Source of the DNA: Acidilobaceae archaeon
GTDB lineage: Archaea; Thermoproteota; Thermoprotei_A; Sulfolobales; Acidilobaceae
Direction of reading: 5' to 3'
Assembly (NCBI GenBank): GCA_038897215.1
Contig: JAWAWX010000001.1
Coordinates: 544,001 to 608,000 of the forward strand
Length of the DNA stretch: 64,000 bases
This document shows positions 53,929 to 64,000 of the stretch, piece after piece. Numbering within the stretch: position 1 is the first letter of the stretch; every line of letters starts with the position of its first letter. The notes under the pieces are model-generated. The model saw nothing but the letters and a program-made list of their open reading frames with translations, searched no databases and was not told where the DNA came from. The position numbers were made by a program, and so were the translations under genes.

Positions 53929-56900
53929 CTACGATTCTATGATTATGTAGTAGGGTATGTGACTGTACATGAAGACCACGTTAGGCGTACCCGCTGAGAT
54001 GTGTCCTACGGTCGTTACCGTGAATGGAGCCGGTAGCGTGAAGAGCACCGGGACTATGTACGTTCCCGGAGGTGCTTGACCGCTCACGGTAGTCAGGACG
54101 ACTGCTATAGCCGTGCCTCCAGAGACCCTATAGTCGACTACCGTGGAGTGCACGTAGTAGCCGGAGTCGTAGAAGAGTGTGGCTGAGCCCGTGGGCTTGA
54201 CTATAGCCTCGCCGGACCACGTGGCGCTCACGGGCAGCAGAGCGGGGACTCCTCTCACCTCTATGACGGTCTGGAAGACGTTCTGAGCTACCGGGACCGT
54301 TCTAGCTCTCGCTGTGAGCAGCGAGAGCGTTAGAGTTATGCGCTCCTCGTAGGCCCGCCCTGAGAACTGGATGTTTCTAACCACTACTCTGTACGTCTCT
54401 CCGCTGGCAACAGGGCTCATCACGGCCGAGTAGCCGGGCCCTACGCTGTCCCAGAAGGCTCTCGGGTTCGGGGTCGCTCTCAGCGAGGGGTCTATCGTTA
54501 GCTCCGCTGCTAGCTGCGCGCCGTTGACTGTTATGGGGATTACCTCTAGGGTCTCGTCGTCGACCATGTAGTAGGTGTAGGGGCCGTAGACGTGGATGTC
54601 CACGTTGCTAGCGAAAGCAGCGCTCCCTAGGACAGGCCACCGGGCTCCCGCTAGCAGAGCCCAGGCGTTAGCCACGCCTCTGTCGATCTTCACCTTGAAG
54701 ACTCTCCAGTCTCCCGACTCGTATCTCCAAGTGTAGTCGAAGGCTCCTCTGAGAGCGTAGTTCTTGTACAGCGTCGTCTCGGGGGCCGAGGTGATCTCGA
54801 TGACTCTGCCCGGCTCTCTAACCACTATCGGCGTGAAGAACGATACCGGAACCAGGGCTCTGAAGCCCTGCCTGGGGTCTTCGAATAGCAGATAGCCGCT
54901 GTAGAAGCCGGGGGTTTCGGGGCCTCTGGCGATGACCGCTACCGACGCTCTAGCCGCTACCGCTATCCTAGCGGGAGCCACCCTCACGTCATCCCATCTC
55001 TCGTAGGCGTAGCCAACGACTCTCGCCTTTATCGGTAGGTCTCCTCTGTATGTTGCTCCGGAGACTCCTATCCTCACGACTAGATACTTGGGGAGGTTGC
55101 TGACATCGACACCCATGTATCTAAACGCTAGCTCCTCGATCTCTCTGAGCTGTCCTTCGAGGTCTCCGATCTGTATCCTCAGGACGTTGGCTCCCCTGAT
55201 ATCGTACATTATTCTAGCCGTCTCGAGCCAGGAGAATCTACCGTCCGCGCCCACGTCTATCCAGTACGCTAGCTCGACTATAGATGTGGTTATCAGCTGG
55301 CTGAAGCTCCCGGTTCTACCGCCTCTCTCGAAGAACTCGTATGGGTAGATTAGCTGTATCTCGAAGTAGTCGAATCCCCTTAGCTTCTCCAGGTCTATTA
55401 TCAGGTGTCCTATAGCTGTAGCCGCTGCCACTCTTAGAGTTAGGTCTTCTTTAGCGCACCTAGTTATTATGGCTGGGTTGAGGTTGAATAGTACTATGTC
55501 GCAGAGACCGAAAGACCCTCTCTCGGCCATCCTGACTGGAGTTATGGTAAACGAGCCTCTGCCCTCTATGGTGAGTGTTCTGACAGCGAGCCTCCTTGGC
55601 TCTACCTCTGGTATGAATATCTTCGGCTCGAACCAGACAGCGTTGGGGCTAACGCTACCCCCATACGTGAAGGCGTGTGCGGATACTCCAAGCTCTCTCA
55701 TCACGTCTGCCAGGATGCTCGTCGAGTAGACTCTCGGGTACCTCGGGTCTAGAGCCGCTTTAACTGCGCCGTAGGCATTCACGAAGCCCGCTCCCTGAGA
55801 GAGTTCATCGAAGCCCATGTCTCTAGCTGTGTTCATTAGCAGAGTCTTGAGCATATAGGCCGGCATACGCTCTCCAGTAGCCGATCTGTAGGCGGATATC
55901 ACTAGAGCACCCGCGCCAGCTGCCATAGGCGTAGCCTGGCTCGTTCCGCTGAAGAGATCGTGAACTCTAGTGCCATCGAGCGTTCTCGCGCGCAGAGCTT
56001 CCCACGTTCTCCCCACAGCCCAGGCGAAGGAGCCGACCGCGACGATATCGGGCTTCACTATGCCTAGCTCCGTGGGGCCTCTATTGCTCCATGTGATGAC
56101 CTGCCTGCTGGAGCCAGGCCACGCGTATCCGAAGATGGGCCTGTAGGTGAATTCCGTCGCAGCGCCAACCCCAATCGATAGAGCTGAGGCGCCGGGAGAG
56201 GCTATAGTGCCCCATCCGGGCCCTCCGTTGCCTACTGCTATGAAGTGAGCCACGCTCGAGACTAGAGTGGTATAGTCGAAGACTACGCTAGCCGGGTCCA
56301 TGCCGGAGGCCCAGCCCCATATGGCCCAGGCGCTTATCCCATAGGAGTTGCTGGTAACGTCTACTAGAGGCTTGCCGGTATAGCTCCATCTCCAGGTATA
56401 TCCCTCAAACGCTATCCATGGGTTAGTGGAGAGAATAGGCCACAGGTACCTGGAGCCGATGCCGTAGGGTGTCTCTATGTCGAAGCCCGTGAAGAAGTAT
56501 ATGGAGGCGAGCACTGTGCCCATGTAGAGCGCTGGCGCTGCCGCTATCTTAGCGGCTGGAGCCTGGCCGGCTATGCTCCTCACTCCGTAGCCTGTCTCAG
56601 CGTAGTAGTCTCTGCCGGCTGCTGTCGTAGCGCAGAAAGTGCCGTGGCTGTGGTAGTCGTAGGCTATCACTACGTAGTCTCCGCGCGCATCGAGCCCGGG
56701 CCATATCAGAGCTACCGGCTCGTAAAACCATATCTCCCAAGGGCCGAGGATCCTGACTCCGTGGCCGAATGGTAGAGTGGGAACTATCTCTCTCAACACT
56801 CCCGCTTTCTCTAATATTATGGCGAAAGCCGTGTCGTAGACAAAGCCTGCTAGAGTTCCAACCGAGTAGTCTGTCACGCTGTCTCCGTTCAGGTCTCTAG

Positions 56901-58116
56901 CTATAACCTCGTTGCCATACGCGATCCTGACCTCGTCAGCGAAGGAGAAGTCGGGCTCGCTGGGAGCGCCCGGGATGCTAACACCACACCTTCCTAGAGC
57001 TATGCTGAGCAGGTATAGACCCGTAGTGGTGTCTACGTAGAGGGAGTCGAATAAGCCGTCTCCATCGCTGTCTACCACTAGAACCGGGATTGAGTACATC
57101 AGTGTGGACGAAGTCCCGCCCACGATAGCTGATATGAGCTGGAAGAAGAGTCCGAATCTACCAGCGGCTATGGGTATGCCGTCTACACTCCAAGCTGTGG
57201 GAGCGGGCACGAAGGCGTCTAGCGAGGCGCACCCTCTTAGACCCACGTAGAGATAGGGTGCAGTCCAGCTAACGATGTAGTAGGGGGGCATGAAGACGTA
57301 GAGCTGGCTGAAGTCGACTGTGACAACACCGCCGGACACTGTGACGGAGACGGGGGTCAGGACTAGGCCTAGGCTACTCGAGTCGAAGATCAGCGGTGTG
57401 CCGCGCTCGTCTCTAGCTATTGAGTCTAGGCCGAGTGCTGGAGAGCCGTAGTCTACTCCAGTGTCTATGATCGCTATCTTGACCTCCTCGCCTCTAACGC
57501 CTAGCTCCTCCCATACTCTCTGAGCCCCCGTGATTTCGACTGTGTAGTGGTAGGCTCCGCTCCCGCCAGCGTCGGGGCTCCCCTGCTGGATGGCATGCTG
57601 TAGCTCCGCGCTAAATGCTTCTAGACCCCTTATCTGCCTGTTTATCAGAGCGTCGAACCTGATATCGGGCATGATCGCTAAGACTCCCGGAGTCCTGGAG
57701 AGAGTCTCGAGGTCGCTCCTAGCTATAACAGCATAGACCAGATAGCCGACGTGCGTCGGGAAGACTCCTAGAAGCCCTCTAGTCTTCCCTCTCAGTGTCT
57801 CGATGGGAGCCTCTCTGCCTAGTAGTATCAGGACTCTTCCCAGAGGCTCCTCAGCGCCTCTAACTATCTTGAAGACCCCGTTATCGAAGAAAACGTCAGC
57901 GTTAACGCTAAGTAGCCCTTCGTCCTCAACATAGGCTCCATAGACCCAGTAGCTATCGTCTAAGAGAATGGGGCTAACAAACGCTCTGGTATAGCTTAGA
58001 CCAGTTAAGGAGATAGGTCTCCCTGTAATGCTAGGGTTCGAAGAAGCTAGAGACTCTATGGGGACTAGCGATAATATGATGACTGCTAACAGGAACACTA
58101 TAGAGAGGTGTCTCAA
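53929..58116 (-). CDS. Large secreted S8 subtilase (pyrolysin-like)
   Basis: Signal peptide; triad IAIIDTGVD, HSHGTFCA and FSGTSQATP; oxyanion GNGG; large insert between D and H. Confidence 0.93.
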   Translation of the reverse strand: MRHLSIVFLLAVIILSLVPIESLASSNPSITGRPISLTGLSYTRAFVSPILLDDSYWVYGAYVEDEGLLSVNADVFFDNGVFKIVRGAEEPLGRVLILLGREAPIETLRGKTRGLLGVFPTHVGYLVYAVIARSDLETLSRTPGVLAIMPDIRFDALINRQIRGLEAFSAELQHAIQQGSPDAGGSGAYHYTVEITGAQRVWEELGVRGEEVKIAIIDTGVDYGSPALGLDSIARDERGTPLIFDSSSLGLVLTPVSVTVSGGVVTVDFSQLYVFMPPYYIVSWTAPYLYVGLRGCASLDAFVPAPTAWSVDGIPIAAGRFGLFFQLISAIVGGTSSTLMYSIPVLVVDSDGDGLFDSLYVDTTTGLYLLSIALGRCGVSIPGAPSEPDFSFADEVRIAYGNEVIARDLNGDSVTDYSVGTLAGFVYDTAFAIILEKAGVLREIVPTLPFGHGVRILGPWEIWFYEPVALIWPGLDARGDYVVIAYDYHSHGTFCATTAAGRDYYAETGYGVRSIAGQAPAAKIAAAPALYMGTVLASIYFFTGFDIETPYGIGSRYLWPILSTNPWIAFEGYTWRWSYTGKPLVDVTSNSYGISAWAIWGWASGMDPASVVFDYTTLVSSVAHFIAVGNGGPGWGTIASPGASALSIGVGAATEFTYRPIFGYAWPGSSRQVITWSNRGPTELGIVKPDIVAVGSFAWAVGRTWEALRARTLDGTRVHDLFSGTSQATPMAAGAGALVISAYRSATGERMPAYMLKTLLMNTARDMGFDELSQGAGFVNAYGAVKAALDPRYPRVYSTSILADVMRELGVSAHAFTYGGSVSPNAVWFEPKIFIPEVEPRRLAVRTLTIEGRGSFTITPVRMAERGSFGLCDIVLFNLNPAIITRCAKEDLTLRVAAATAIGHLIIDLEKLRGFDYFEIQLIYPYEFFERGGRTGSFSQLITTSIVELAYWIDVGADGRFSWLETARIMYDIRGANVLRIQIGDLEGQLREIEELAFRYMGVDVSNLPKYLVVRIGVSGATYRGDLPIKARVVGYAYERWDDVRVAPARIAVAARASVAVIARGPETPGFYSGYLLFEDPRQGFRALVPVSFFTPIVVREPGRVIEITSAPETTLYKNYALRGAFDYTWRYESGDWRVFKVKIDRGVANAWALLAGARWPVLGSAAFASNVDIHVYGPYTYYMVDDETLEVIPITVNGAQLAAELTIDPSLRATPNPRAFWDSVGPGYSAVMSPVASGETYRVVVRNIQFSGRAYEERITLTLSLLTARARTVPVAQNVFQTVIEVRGVPALLPVSATWSGEAIVKPTGSATLFYDSGYYVHSTVVDYRVSGGTAIAVVLTTVSGQAPPGTYIVPVLFTLPAPFTVTTVGHISAGTPNVVFMYSHIPYYIIIES

Positions 58117-58358
58117 TCGTTACACCTCTATGCTCTGGCTAGAGAGTGCTCAGCCAGATGCTTTTAAACTTGTAGCAAGAATAGAGAGAAGACCCGCTAA
58201 ACACACCGCAAGCGATTCTCGAGGAGTCTATAGAGACCCGCTCTAGGATAAGAGAGCCGCGAGGTAAGCGATAGCTTGTCGCCACTAGTAGCGAAGTCCT
58301 CAAGCTTCGAGCGAGAACTCTCCCCGCTCTGCTTAAAAGCTCGCAATGCAACGAGATC

Positions 58359-58430
58359 AAGCACGAGCCTCCGGCCGTGTGAGTCCCCCGCAGAGGGGTC
58401 CGTGAGCTCGGCCGGTCCCCCAGTCTTACA
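58359..58430 (+). ncRNA. Candidate H/ACA guide RNA (K-turn hairpin ending in ACA)
   Basis: CCGGCCG/CGGCCGG stem, tandem GA/GA with 3-nt bulge, internal pocket, ACA at 58428-30, upstream CTTAAAAG. Confidence 0.5.
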
Positions 58431-58581
58431 CTATTGCTCTAAGTGTTCTCTAAAGTGCCACCATCTCGTGGAGAGCTATTCGAGAGCAGGTCTTGTGCTT
58501 TGCCTGAAATCATGCTATACCTCTTGGGTAAACTTTAAAGCCCCACCTTGCCTAGATCAGAGCAATCTGGCGGGGCGAAAC

Positions 58582-58658
58582 AGCGGGGTAGGGCAGCCTG
58601 GTAGCCCGCGGGGCTCATAACCCCGAGGTCGGTGGTTCAAATCCACCCCCCGCTACCA
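58582..58658 (+). tRNA. Initiator tRNA-Met(CAU)
   Basis: A1-U72, consecutive G-C pairs in the anticodon stem, CT CAT AA loop, CCA encoded. Confidence 0.96.
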
Positions 58659-58706
58659 CTTGTTTATAGGAAGATTGTTAAAGCCCAGTTATTCGCACTG
58701 TGCTGG

Positions 58707-59999
58707 ATGAGTGCTGTGGCTAAGGTTTTGTACGTGGTTCTCGACGGGGCTCCTGATGGTTTCGAGTCTCCTAAGAGAACTCTTGAGGAAGCATGGAAGC
58801 CGAATCTAGACTCTCTAGCTGAGAACTGTCTAGGAGGGCTTCTCTACGTCGTGGAGAAAGGTGTAGCTCCGGAGAGCGATGTAGCCGTCATGTCTCTCTT
58901 AGGCTATGACCCGAGAATCTACTATACTGGTAGGGGGCCTCTTGAAGCTCTTGGAGCTGGCTTAGAGCTAAGAGAGGGAGCTGTAGCGTTTAGAGCGAAC
59001 TTCGCCACAATAGACGTGAAGACTAGAGAGATAAGGGATAGAAGGGTTGGGAGGAGCCTGACGACGGCTGAAGCTAGGCTCTTAGCCGAGTCTCTTGACG
59101 GGATGAAGCTAGACGAAGGTAAGGCTATAGCTAGATTCAAGGCTACAGTTGGGCACAGAGGAGTCTTAGTCTTAGAGCATAACTACGTTAAGCTGAGCGG
59201 TAATGTCTCAAACAATGACCCAGCTTATGTGAGAACAGGAAAGATAAGCGTGGCCGTCAAGCCGACATCTATGAGCCTAGCTAGAGTAGAGCCTCTAGAC
59301 GACAGTCTCGAGGCGAGAACCACAGCAGAGCTAGCTAACGAATTCTTGGAGAGAGCTGTAGAGATTCTCGCGAGCCACCCCGTTAATCTTGAGAGGTCTT
59401 CTCGAGGACTGCCTCCAGCCAACGCTATACTCGTTAGAGACGCTGGAGACAGCCTGCCGAAAGCGCCCCCAGCCAGAGCCCTCTTTGGAGCCAGCATTGC
59501 CGGAGTAGCCGAGATGCCTGTAGAGATAGGGCTCTTCAGAGCTCTAGGAGTAGAGGTTCTCCAGCTCCCACAGAGCACGTCTAAGCAGGAGGTTCTTGAA
59601 GCAAGCGCTATAATAGCGGCTGAGGCTTTAGAGAAACATGACGTAGTCTACGTGCACCTCAAAGGACCCGACGAGCCTGGACACGATGGAGACTTTGAGG
59701 AGAAAGTGAGAGCAGTAGAGGACATAGACTCGATATTCTTCTCGAGAATACTTACCAGCATCAGCAGAGAGGACACACTGATAGTCGTGACTTCAGACCA
59801 CGCGACACCATGGGATAAGAGAGCACACAGTGACGATCCCGTGCCCTTGATGATCTCTCATCCTAGCCTTCCGGAAAGGAGAGGAGGCTTTTCAGAGCAC
59901 CATATGCGAGAAGGAAGGCTAGGAGTAATAGAGGGGGGATTTAACGTGCTCCCTCTAGCTCTCAAGCTAGCGAGAGAGCTGAGAAGCAAGCAGAGATAG
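58707..59999 (+). CDS. apgM: 2,3-BPG-independent phosphoglycerate mutase
   Basis: LDG..D, PESD, YTGRGPLEA, HLKGPDEPGHDG and TSDHATP; the ORF-track start lies inside the tRNA, so ATG 58707 was used. Confidence 0.93.
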   Translation: MSAVAKVLYVVLDGAPDGFESPKRTLEEAWKPNLDSLAENCLGGLLYVVEKGVAPESDVAVMSLLGYDPRIYYTGRGPLEALGAGLELREGAVAFRANFATIDVKTREIRDRRVGRSLTTAEARLLAESLDGMKLDEGKAIARFKATVGHRGVLVLEHNYVKLSGNVSNNDPAYVRTGKISVAVKPTSMSLARVEPLDDSLEARTTAELANEFLERAVEILASHPVNLERSSRGLPPANAILVRDAGDSLPKAPPARALFGASIAGVAEMPVEIGLFRALGVEVLQLPQSTSKQEVLEASAIIAAEALEKHDVVYVHLKGPDEPGHDGDFEEKVRAVEDIDSIFFSRILTSISREDTLIVVTSDHATPWDKRAHSDDPVPLMISHPSLPERRGGFSEHHMREGRLGVIEGGFNVLPLALKLARELRSKQR

Positions 60000-60002
60000 A
60001 AG

Positions 60003-60245
60003 CTACCTCTTCCCTGTAAGCTTTCTCGCCTCGCGCTCAGTCTCCCTCAGGATCAGTATGTCTCCTATTCTGACCGCTCCCATAACGTTCCTAGTAAGTA
60101 TCCTGCCCTTATCTTTACCCTCGAGAATCCTTACCGTAACCTGAGTGACCTCTCCTGTGACCCCAGTTCTCCCAATTATCTGTATTACCTCAGCAGGGTA
60201 GCCTAACTCCTCGACAGTGCCCCCGCTAGAGCTCACTGCAGGCAC
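60003..60245 (-). CDS. rps28e: 30S ribosomal protein S28e
   Basis: [14 protein letters not shown]...RNVMG...LRETEREAR. Confidence 0.97.
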   Translation of the reverse strand: MPAVSSSGGTVEELGYPAEVIQIIGRTGVTGEVTQVTVRILEGKDKGRILTRNVMGAVRIGDILILRETEREARKLTGKR

Positions 60246-60362
60246 ACCTATCTGATGCTTTCACGGATAACTCCCCTATTTAAGCTTAACCCCCTCTACC
60301 TTAGACGTCATCAAGACAAAATTTAATAGTGCTCTAGCGGGAGGGGAGAGGGGGGTAAGGTC

Positions 60363-60542
60363 ATGCCTAGAGAGAAGGTCTGTAGCTTTTGCGGGAAGCC
60401 TGTAGAGCCGGGTACAGGCATGATGTTTGTGACTACGAAGGGAGAGATCTTATGGTTTTGTAGTAGTAAGTGTAGAAAGAGCTTTATGATGGGGAGAAGA
60501 GCTTCTAAGCTAGCCTGGGTTGTGAAAGCGCGAAAAGTCTAG
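60363..60542 (+). CDS. rpl24e: 50S ribosomal protein L24e (59 aa, absent from ORF track)
   Basis: [39 protein letters not shown]...KLAWV. Confidence 0.96.
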   Translation: MPREKVCSFCGKPVEPGTGMMFVTTKGEILWFCSSKCRKSFMMGRRASKLAWVVKARKV

Positions 60543-60575
60543 CTCTTACCAGAGGATCTTCTCGGGGTGAGCAGC

Positions 60576-61004
60576 ATGGGTGTTGAGAGAACACTTATAC
60601 TAATCAAGCCTGATGCTGTTCGAAGAGGCTTAATCGGAGAGATCCTAGCTAGGTTCGAGAAGAAGGGGTTTAGGATAGTAGCGCTAAAGATGCTCAGGAT
60701 GACTCGAGAGCAAGCAGAAGAGTTCTACAAGGTTCACAGATACAAGCCTTTCTTCGAGGAGCTAGTCAACTTCATAACGAGCGGTCCCGTGGTGGCAGCT
60801 GTTCTGGAGGGAGAGTCCGCTATATCAGTAGTCAGGCTGATGATCGGGTCTACGGACGCCAGGAAAGCAGAGCCCGGCACTATTAGGGGCGACTATGGAC
60901 TGTCCATCTTAGAAAACCTGATACACGCTTCAGACTCTCCAGAGATGTTTGCTCACGAGTCTAGCATAGTATTCTCTGATGAGGAGCTCAGACACCTTTC
61001 TTGA
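60576..61004 (+). CDS. ndk: Nucleoside diphosphate kinase
   Basis: [20 protein letters not shown] and NLIHASDS. Confidence 0.97.
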   Translation: MGVERTLILIKPDAVRRGLIGEILARFEKKGFRIVALKMLRMTREQAEEFYKVHRYKPFFEELVNFITSGPVVAAVLEGESAISVVRLMIGSTDARKAEPGTIRGDYGLSILENLIHASDSPEMFAHESSIVFSDEELRHLS

Positions 61005-62823
61005 GAGCACTCTTAATCTTAAGCTCTAAGAGAACGTAGGACCTATCTCCACTCTTGACCTTAGCTTCCACGATCTCCTTCAACGTTATCAGTTCGTCTA
61101 GAGAAACTAGGTCGAGGAACTCTGAGAGTAGTTTGTTAGCGTGGTCTAGAGGGACATCAGTGTATATCACGTCTCCTTCATCGACATGTCTTCCTACGAG
61201 AATCCTGCCTTGGATAGAGATTGCTATCTTGGCTCCTGCTCTAGCCTCGGAGAGACTCCGGTCTCTATCTTTGAGAGCCATGATTTTCCCCAAGGGTCTC
61301 CCTTGAGAGTCCATGACGGGAGACCCTGGTTTCACGACTCCCGAGAGGACCTCTACTCCGACTATAGCTGGGTCGCTTCTGCGGAAGATGCAGCCCGGCA
61401 GTATCCTCATCTTACCTGGTCTCACTAGAGATTCCAGTGCTCTGAGCCTCTCAGCTCTCTTCTCTTCCTCGATCCACTTCTGGAAGTCTTCGAGAAGCTG
61501 GTATACTACATTGCCCTTGAAGATCTTGACGCTCGCGCTCTCAGCTTCAGCCTCGGCTTCCGGTAGAGTCTTCACGTTGAACGCTATGATTACTCCTAGG
61601 TACTTGTTTAGTTTAGCTGTGACGCTAGCGTCGAGTACATCGCTCTTAGTCACAGGCCCTATATCGGCTACTCTAACAGGGACGTTAATTCTCCTCAATG
61701 CCTCTACTAGAGCCTCCAGGCTACCTAGAGTGTCCGCTTTAACCACGACTCCCATGTTCTCTGTTCTAAGCCTGACAGAGGCCACTTCTTTCTCGACGTC
61801 TCTAATCGCTACCTCTAGCTGGTCATCACTCCAGACGGCTAGTAAAGGAGACCCTGCTATAGCCTCTTCCAGTCCTTCAGCAGCTATCCTTACTCCTGCT
61901 GCTGCCGAAACCTCTTCTACAGTCTCAAACTTAGCCTCCCTACTGCGGATCTCGTGAAGAGGCTTTGGCATAAGGAGAGCTCTCACGTGAGTAACCAGCG
62001 GTTTCGTGAGCCCTCCGAGGACTATTCTGTCTCCAACTCTTAGAACTCCATCGTATATTATAGCGTCAACAACGTGGCCCAAGCCCGGCATCTCTTTAAC
62101 CTCTAAGACTACCCCTCTAGCTGGACCCTCGACTACAGACAGTCTTCCACGCATATACGCTTGAGTAAGCCCAGCTAGAAGAGCTAGTAGCTCCGGTATC
62201 CCTTCACCCGTCTTGGCTGAGAGAGGGACTATGGCGACCTTCTTCGTGAAGTCTTTTATCCTAATGAAGAGGTCTGAAGGGATTCCTCTCTCGTAGAGCT
62301 TGCCTACTAGATCGTACACCTTGTCTTCGAGAATCTTCTTAACTGTCTCGGGCTGCTTCTGGTAGCTCTTTATAAACGGCTCATCGTGATAGGGGACCCA
62401 GCCGGGTATACGGTCTATCTTATTCAATGCTACAACAAAGGGGGTTTTCCTAGAGAGAAGAAGGTCTAGAGCTTCGTAAGTCTGAGGCTTAGGTCCCTCC
62501 ATTACATCCACGACGAGTACAGCTATGTCGGCAACACTTCCCCCCCTTCTCCTGAGATTAGAGAAGAGTTCGTGGCCAGGTGTGTCTATGAAGAGCAGGC
62601 CGGGTATGACTAGCTTGAAGGGTATCACGGACTTGAGAGGCTCTGCTATCTTCTCGATTACATCCGCTGGAACCATGCTGGCTCCTATGTGCTGAGTTAT
62701 GCCTCCAGCTTCTCTCGCCGCTATAGCTGTCTTCCTAATCTTGTCAAGTAGACTCGTCTTACCGTGGTCTACGTGTCCTAACACTACGACTATGGGTTGT
62801 CTAAGCCTGACCCCGCTACTCAC
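60988..62823 (-). CDS. infB: Translation initiation factor aIF5B (IF-2)
   Basis: [29 protein letters not shown] and NKID. Confidence 0.98.
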   Translation of the reverse strand: MSSGVRLRQPIVVVLGHVDHGKTSLLDKIRKTAIAAREAGGITQHIGASMVPADVIEKIAEPLKSVIPFKLVIPGLLFIDTPGHELFSNLRRRGGSVADIAVLVVDVMEGPKPQTYEALDLLLSRKTPFVVALNKIDRIPGWVPYHDEPFIKSYQKQPETVKKILEDKVYDLVGKLYERGIPSDLFIRIKDFTKKVAIVPLSAKTGEGIPELLALLAGLTQAYMRGRLSVVEGPARGVVLEVKEMPGLGHVVDAIIYDGVLRVGDRIVLGGLTKPLVTHVRALLMPKPLHEIRSREAKFETVEEVSAAAGVRIAAEGLEEAIAGSPLLAVWSDDQLEVAIRDVEKEVASVRLRTENMGVVVKADTLGSLEALVEALRRINVPVRVADIGPVTKSDVLDASVTAKLNKYLGVIIAFNVKTLPEAEAEAESASVKIFKGNVVYQLLEDFQKWIEEEKRAERLRALESLVRPGKMRILPGCIFRRSDPAIVGVEVLSGVVKPGSPVMDSQGRPLGKIMALKDRDRSLSEARAGAKIAISIQGRILVGRHVDEGDVIYTDVPLDHANKLLSEFLDLVSLDELITLKEIVEAKVKSGDRSYVLLELKIKSALKKGV

Positions 62824-62933
62824 AGATATCCCCTCTAGAGTCTAGGGGATTCTCCGCTAATAAGCTCGGTCTAGATTATCGCTCTAAGGACTTTTTAGGT
62901 CGAGTCTTCCCCTAGCCCTCGCTGGAGAGAGTC

Positions 62934-63890
62934 TTGAGCGAGCTCTCGAGAATCGTGGATGCTAGAGTTGAGCCAAACGCTACCATATGTGAGCTCTTCA
63001 AGGTGTACGCTTCTATTCACGGATTTTCAGCCGCTGACCTCTATAGAGCACTAGAGATTCTATCTAGGGGGCTGAAGGAGAGCGACGTGAGGATCCTGGC
63101 TTTCACAGGAAACCTGGTAGCGTCGGGTCTCCGAGGTGTGATAGCTCAGCTGATAGAGTCAAAGCTCTTCAATATCGTAATCACTACTGCTGGAGCTTTA
63201 GACCACGATATAGCTAAATCGAGAGGAGGCAGATACTTCAAGGGCTTCTTCGAAGCTGACGATGCGGAGCTGAGGAGAAGAGGTCTTTACCGCTTAGGCA
63301 ACATATTCATAGCAAGCGAGGATTACGGTCCTCTAGTCGAGGAGTTCGTTAGAGAACTGGTAGAGGAAGCAGTTAAAGTTAAGAGAGAGTGGTCTCTCTT
63401 CGAGCTACTCAAGCTAGCCGGTGGGATGATCAGCGATAGGAATAGCATCTTGAGGAGCTCCTACGAAGCGGGAGCAGAAGTCTTCGTTCCAGGATGGCCT
63501 GACGGAGCCTTCGGGACTGCTCTCTTCGTAGAGTGGAGTAGGAGAAGAGGGGACTTCTCCATAAACTACTTTAGAGATATGGAGAGACTAGCTGAGATAT
63601 TCTTCAATAAGGGGAGAACTTGTGCTCTCATTCTAGGAGGCGGGATTAGCAAACATCACGCAATCTGGTGGGCTCAGTTTAGAGAAGGATTAGACTACAC
63701 TGTATACGTGACCACAGCCGTGGAGCACGATGGGAGTCTCAGTGGTGCGCGACCTAGAGAGGCTGTGAGCTGGGGTAAAGTGAAGGAGGCGGGGGAGAAG
63801 GCTATCGTCTACGGAGATGCTACAGTGATACTGCCTCTTCTAGCGTCCTGTCTCCTCTTCAGGTTCACTACTCCACAAGACATCGGCTAG
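62934..63890 (+). CDS. dys: Deoxyhypusine synthase
   Basis: GNLVASGLR, RLGNIF, LGGGISKHH and DGSLSGARPREAVSWGK. Confidence 0.96.
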   Translation: MSELSRIVDARVEPNATICELFKVYASIHGFSAADLYRALEILSRGLKESDVRILAFTGNLVASGLRGVIAQLIESKLFNIVITTAGALDHDIAKSRGGRYFKGFFEADDAELRRRGLYRLGNIFIASEDYGPLVEEFVRELVEEAVKVKREWSLFELLKLAGGMISDRNSILRSSYEAGAEVFVPGWPDGAFGTALFVEWSRRRGDFSINYFRDMERLAEIFFNKGRTCALILGGGISKHHAIWWAQFREGLDYTVYVTTAVEHDGSLSGARPREAVSWGKVKEAGEKAIVYGDATVILPLLASCLLFRFTTPQDIG

Positions 63891-63998
63891 CCTAGCGTAC
63901 GCTATGATAACAGTCGCTACTAGCGAGCCAGGAGGACCCAGTTTTTCCAGCATAGCTCCCAGCTGGCTCAACTCGCTACTACTCACAACTAGAGGGAG
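63840..63998 (-). CDS. 3' end of a gene truncated by window edge
   Basis: Open frame LPLVVSSS...EEETGR* converging on dys. Confidence 0.35.
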   Translation of the reverse strand, partial: LPLVVSSSELSQLGAMLEKLGPPGSLVATVIIAYARLADVLWSSEPEEETGR

Positions 63999-64000
63999 AG

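Noticed and set aside
58276-58706. ORF 58276-58620 and the N-terminal extension of apgM
   Set aside because: They overlap tRNA-iMet and the structured RNA candidate; no protein motif

Overview
Core-genome segment of a thermophilic crenarchaeon. Unsplit RpoB, split RpoA'/A'', crenarchaeal SSB, PolB1 and long S6e suggest a Desulfurococcales/Acidilobales-like lineage (inference). It holds the rpoH-B-A1-A2-L30e-nusA-S12 operon, gap/pgk, tuf-S10-tRNA-Ser, a MoxR/RavA-VWA pair, thermosome, PDO, Gar1-TFB, a splicing endonuclease subunit, a pilin-ATPase-platform type IV pilus locus, the S6e-aIF2g-PIN-rpoE-spt4-S24e-S27ae-kae1-bud32-rdgB superoperon, PolB1, a large S8 protease, apgM, S28e, L24e, ndk, aIF5B and deoxyhypusine synthase. 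Intact tRNAs are Thr(CGU, with intron), Lys(CUU), Ser(GGA) and iMet. The standout is a split (trans-spliced) tRNA-Gln(UUG): a 3' half at 21351-21411 and a 5' half at 29478-29534, about 8 kb apart on the same strand in reversed order. Each has its own TATA box, and complementary GC-rich extensions rebuild a canonical bulge-helix-bulge at position 37/38. Also seen: candidate C/D and H/ACA guide RNAs, a 48-bp perfect palindrome, a frameshifted zinc-finger gene and a catalytically degenerate TtuA/Ncs6 paralogue. No CRISPR array, rRNA gene or recognisable mobile element was found.
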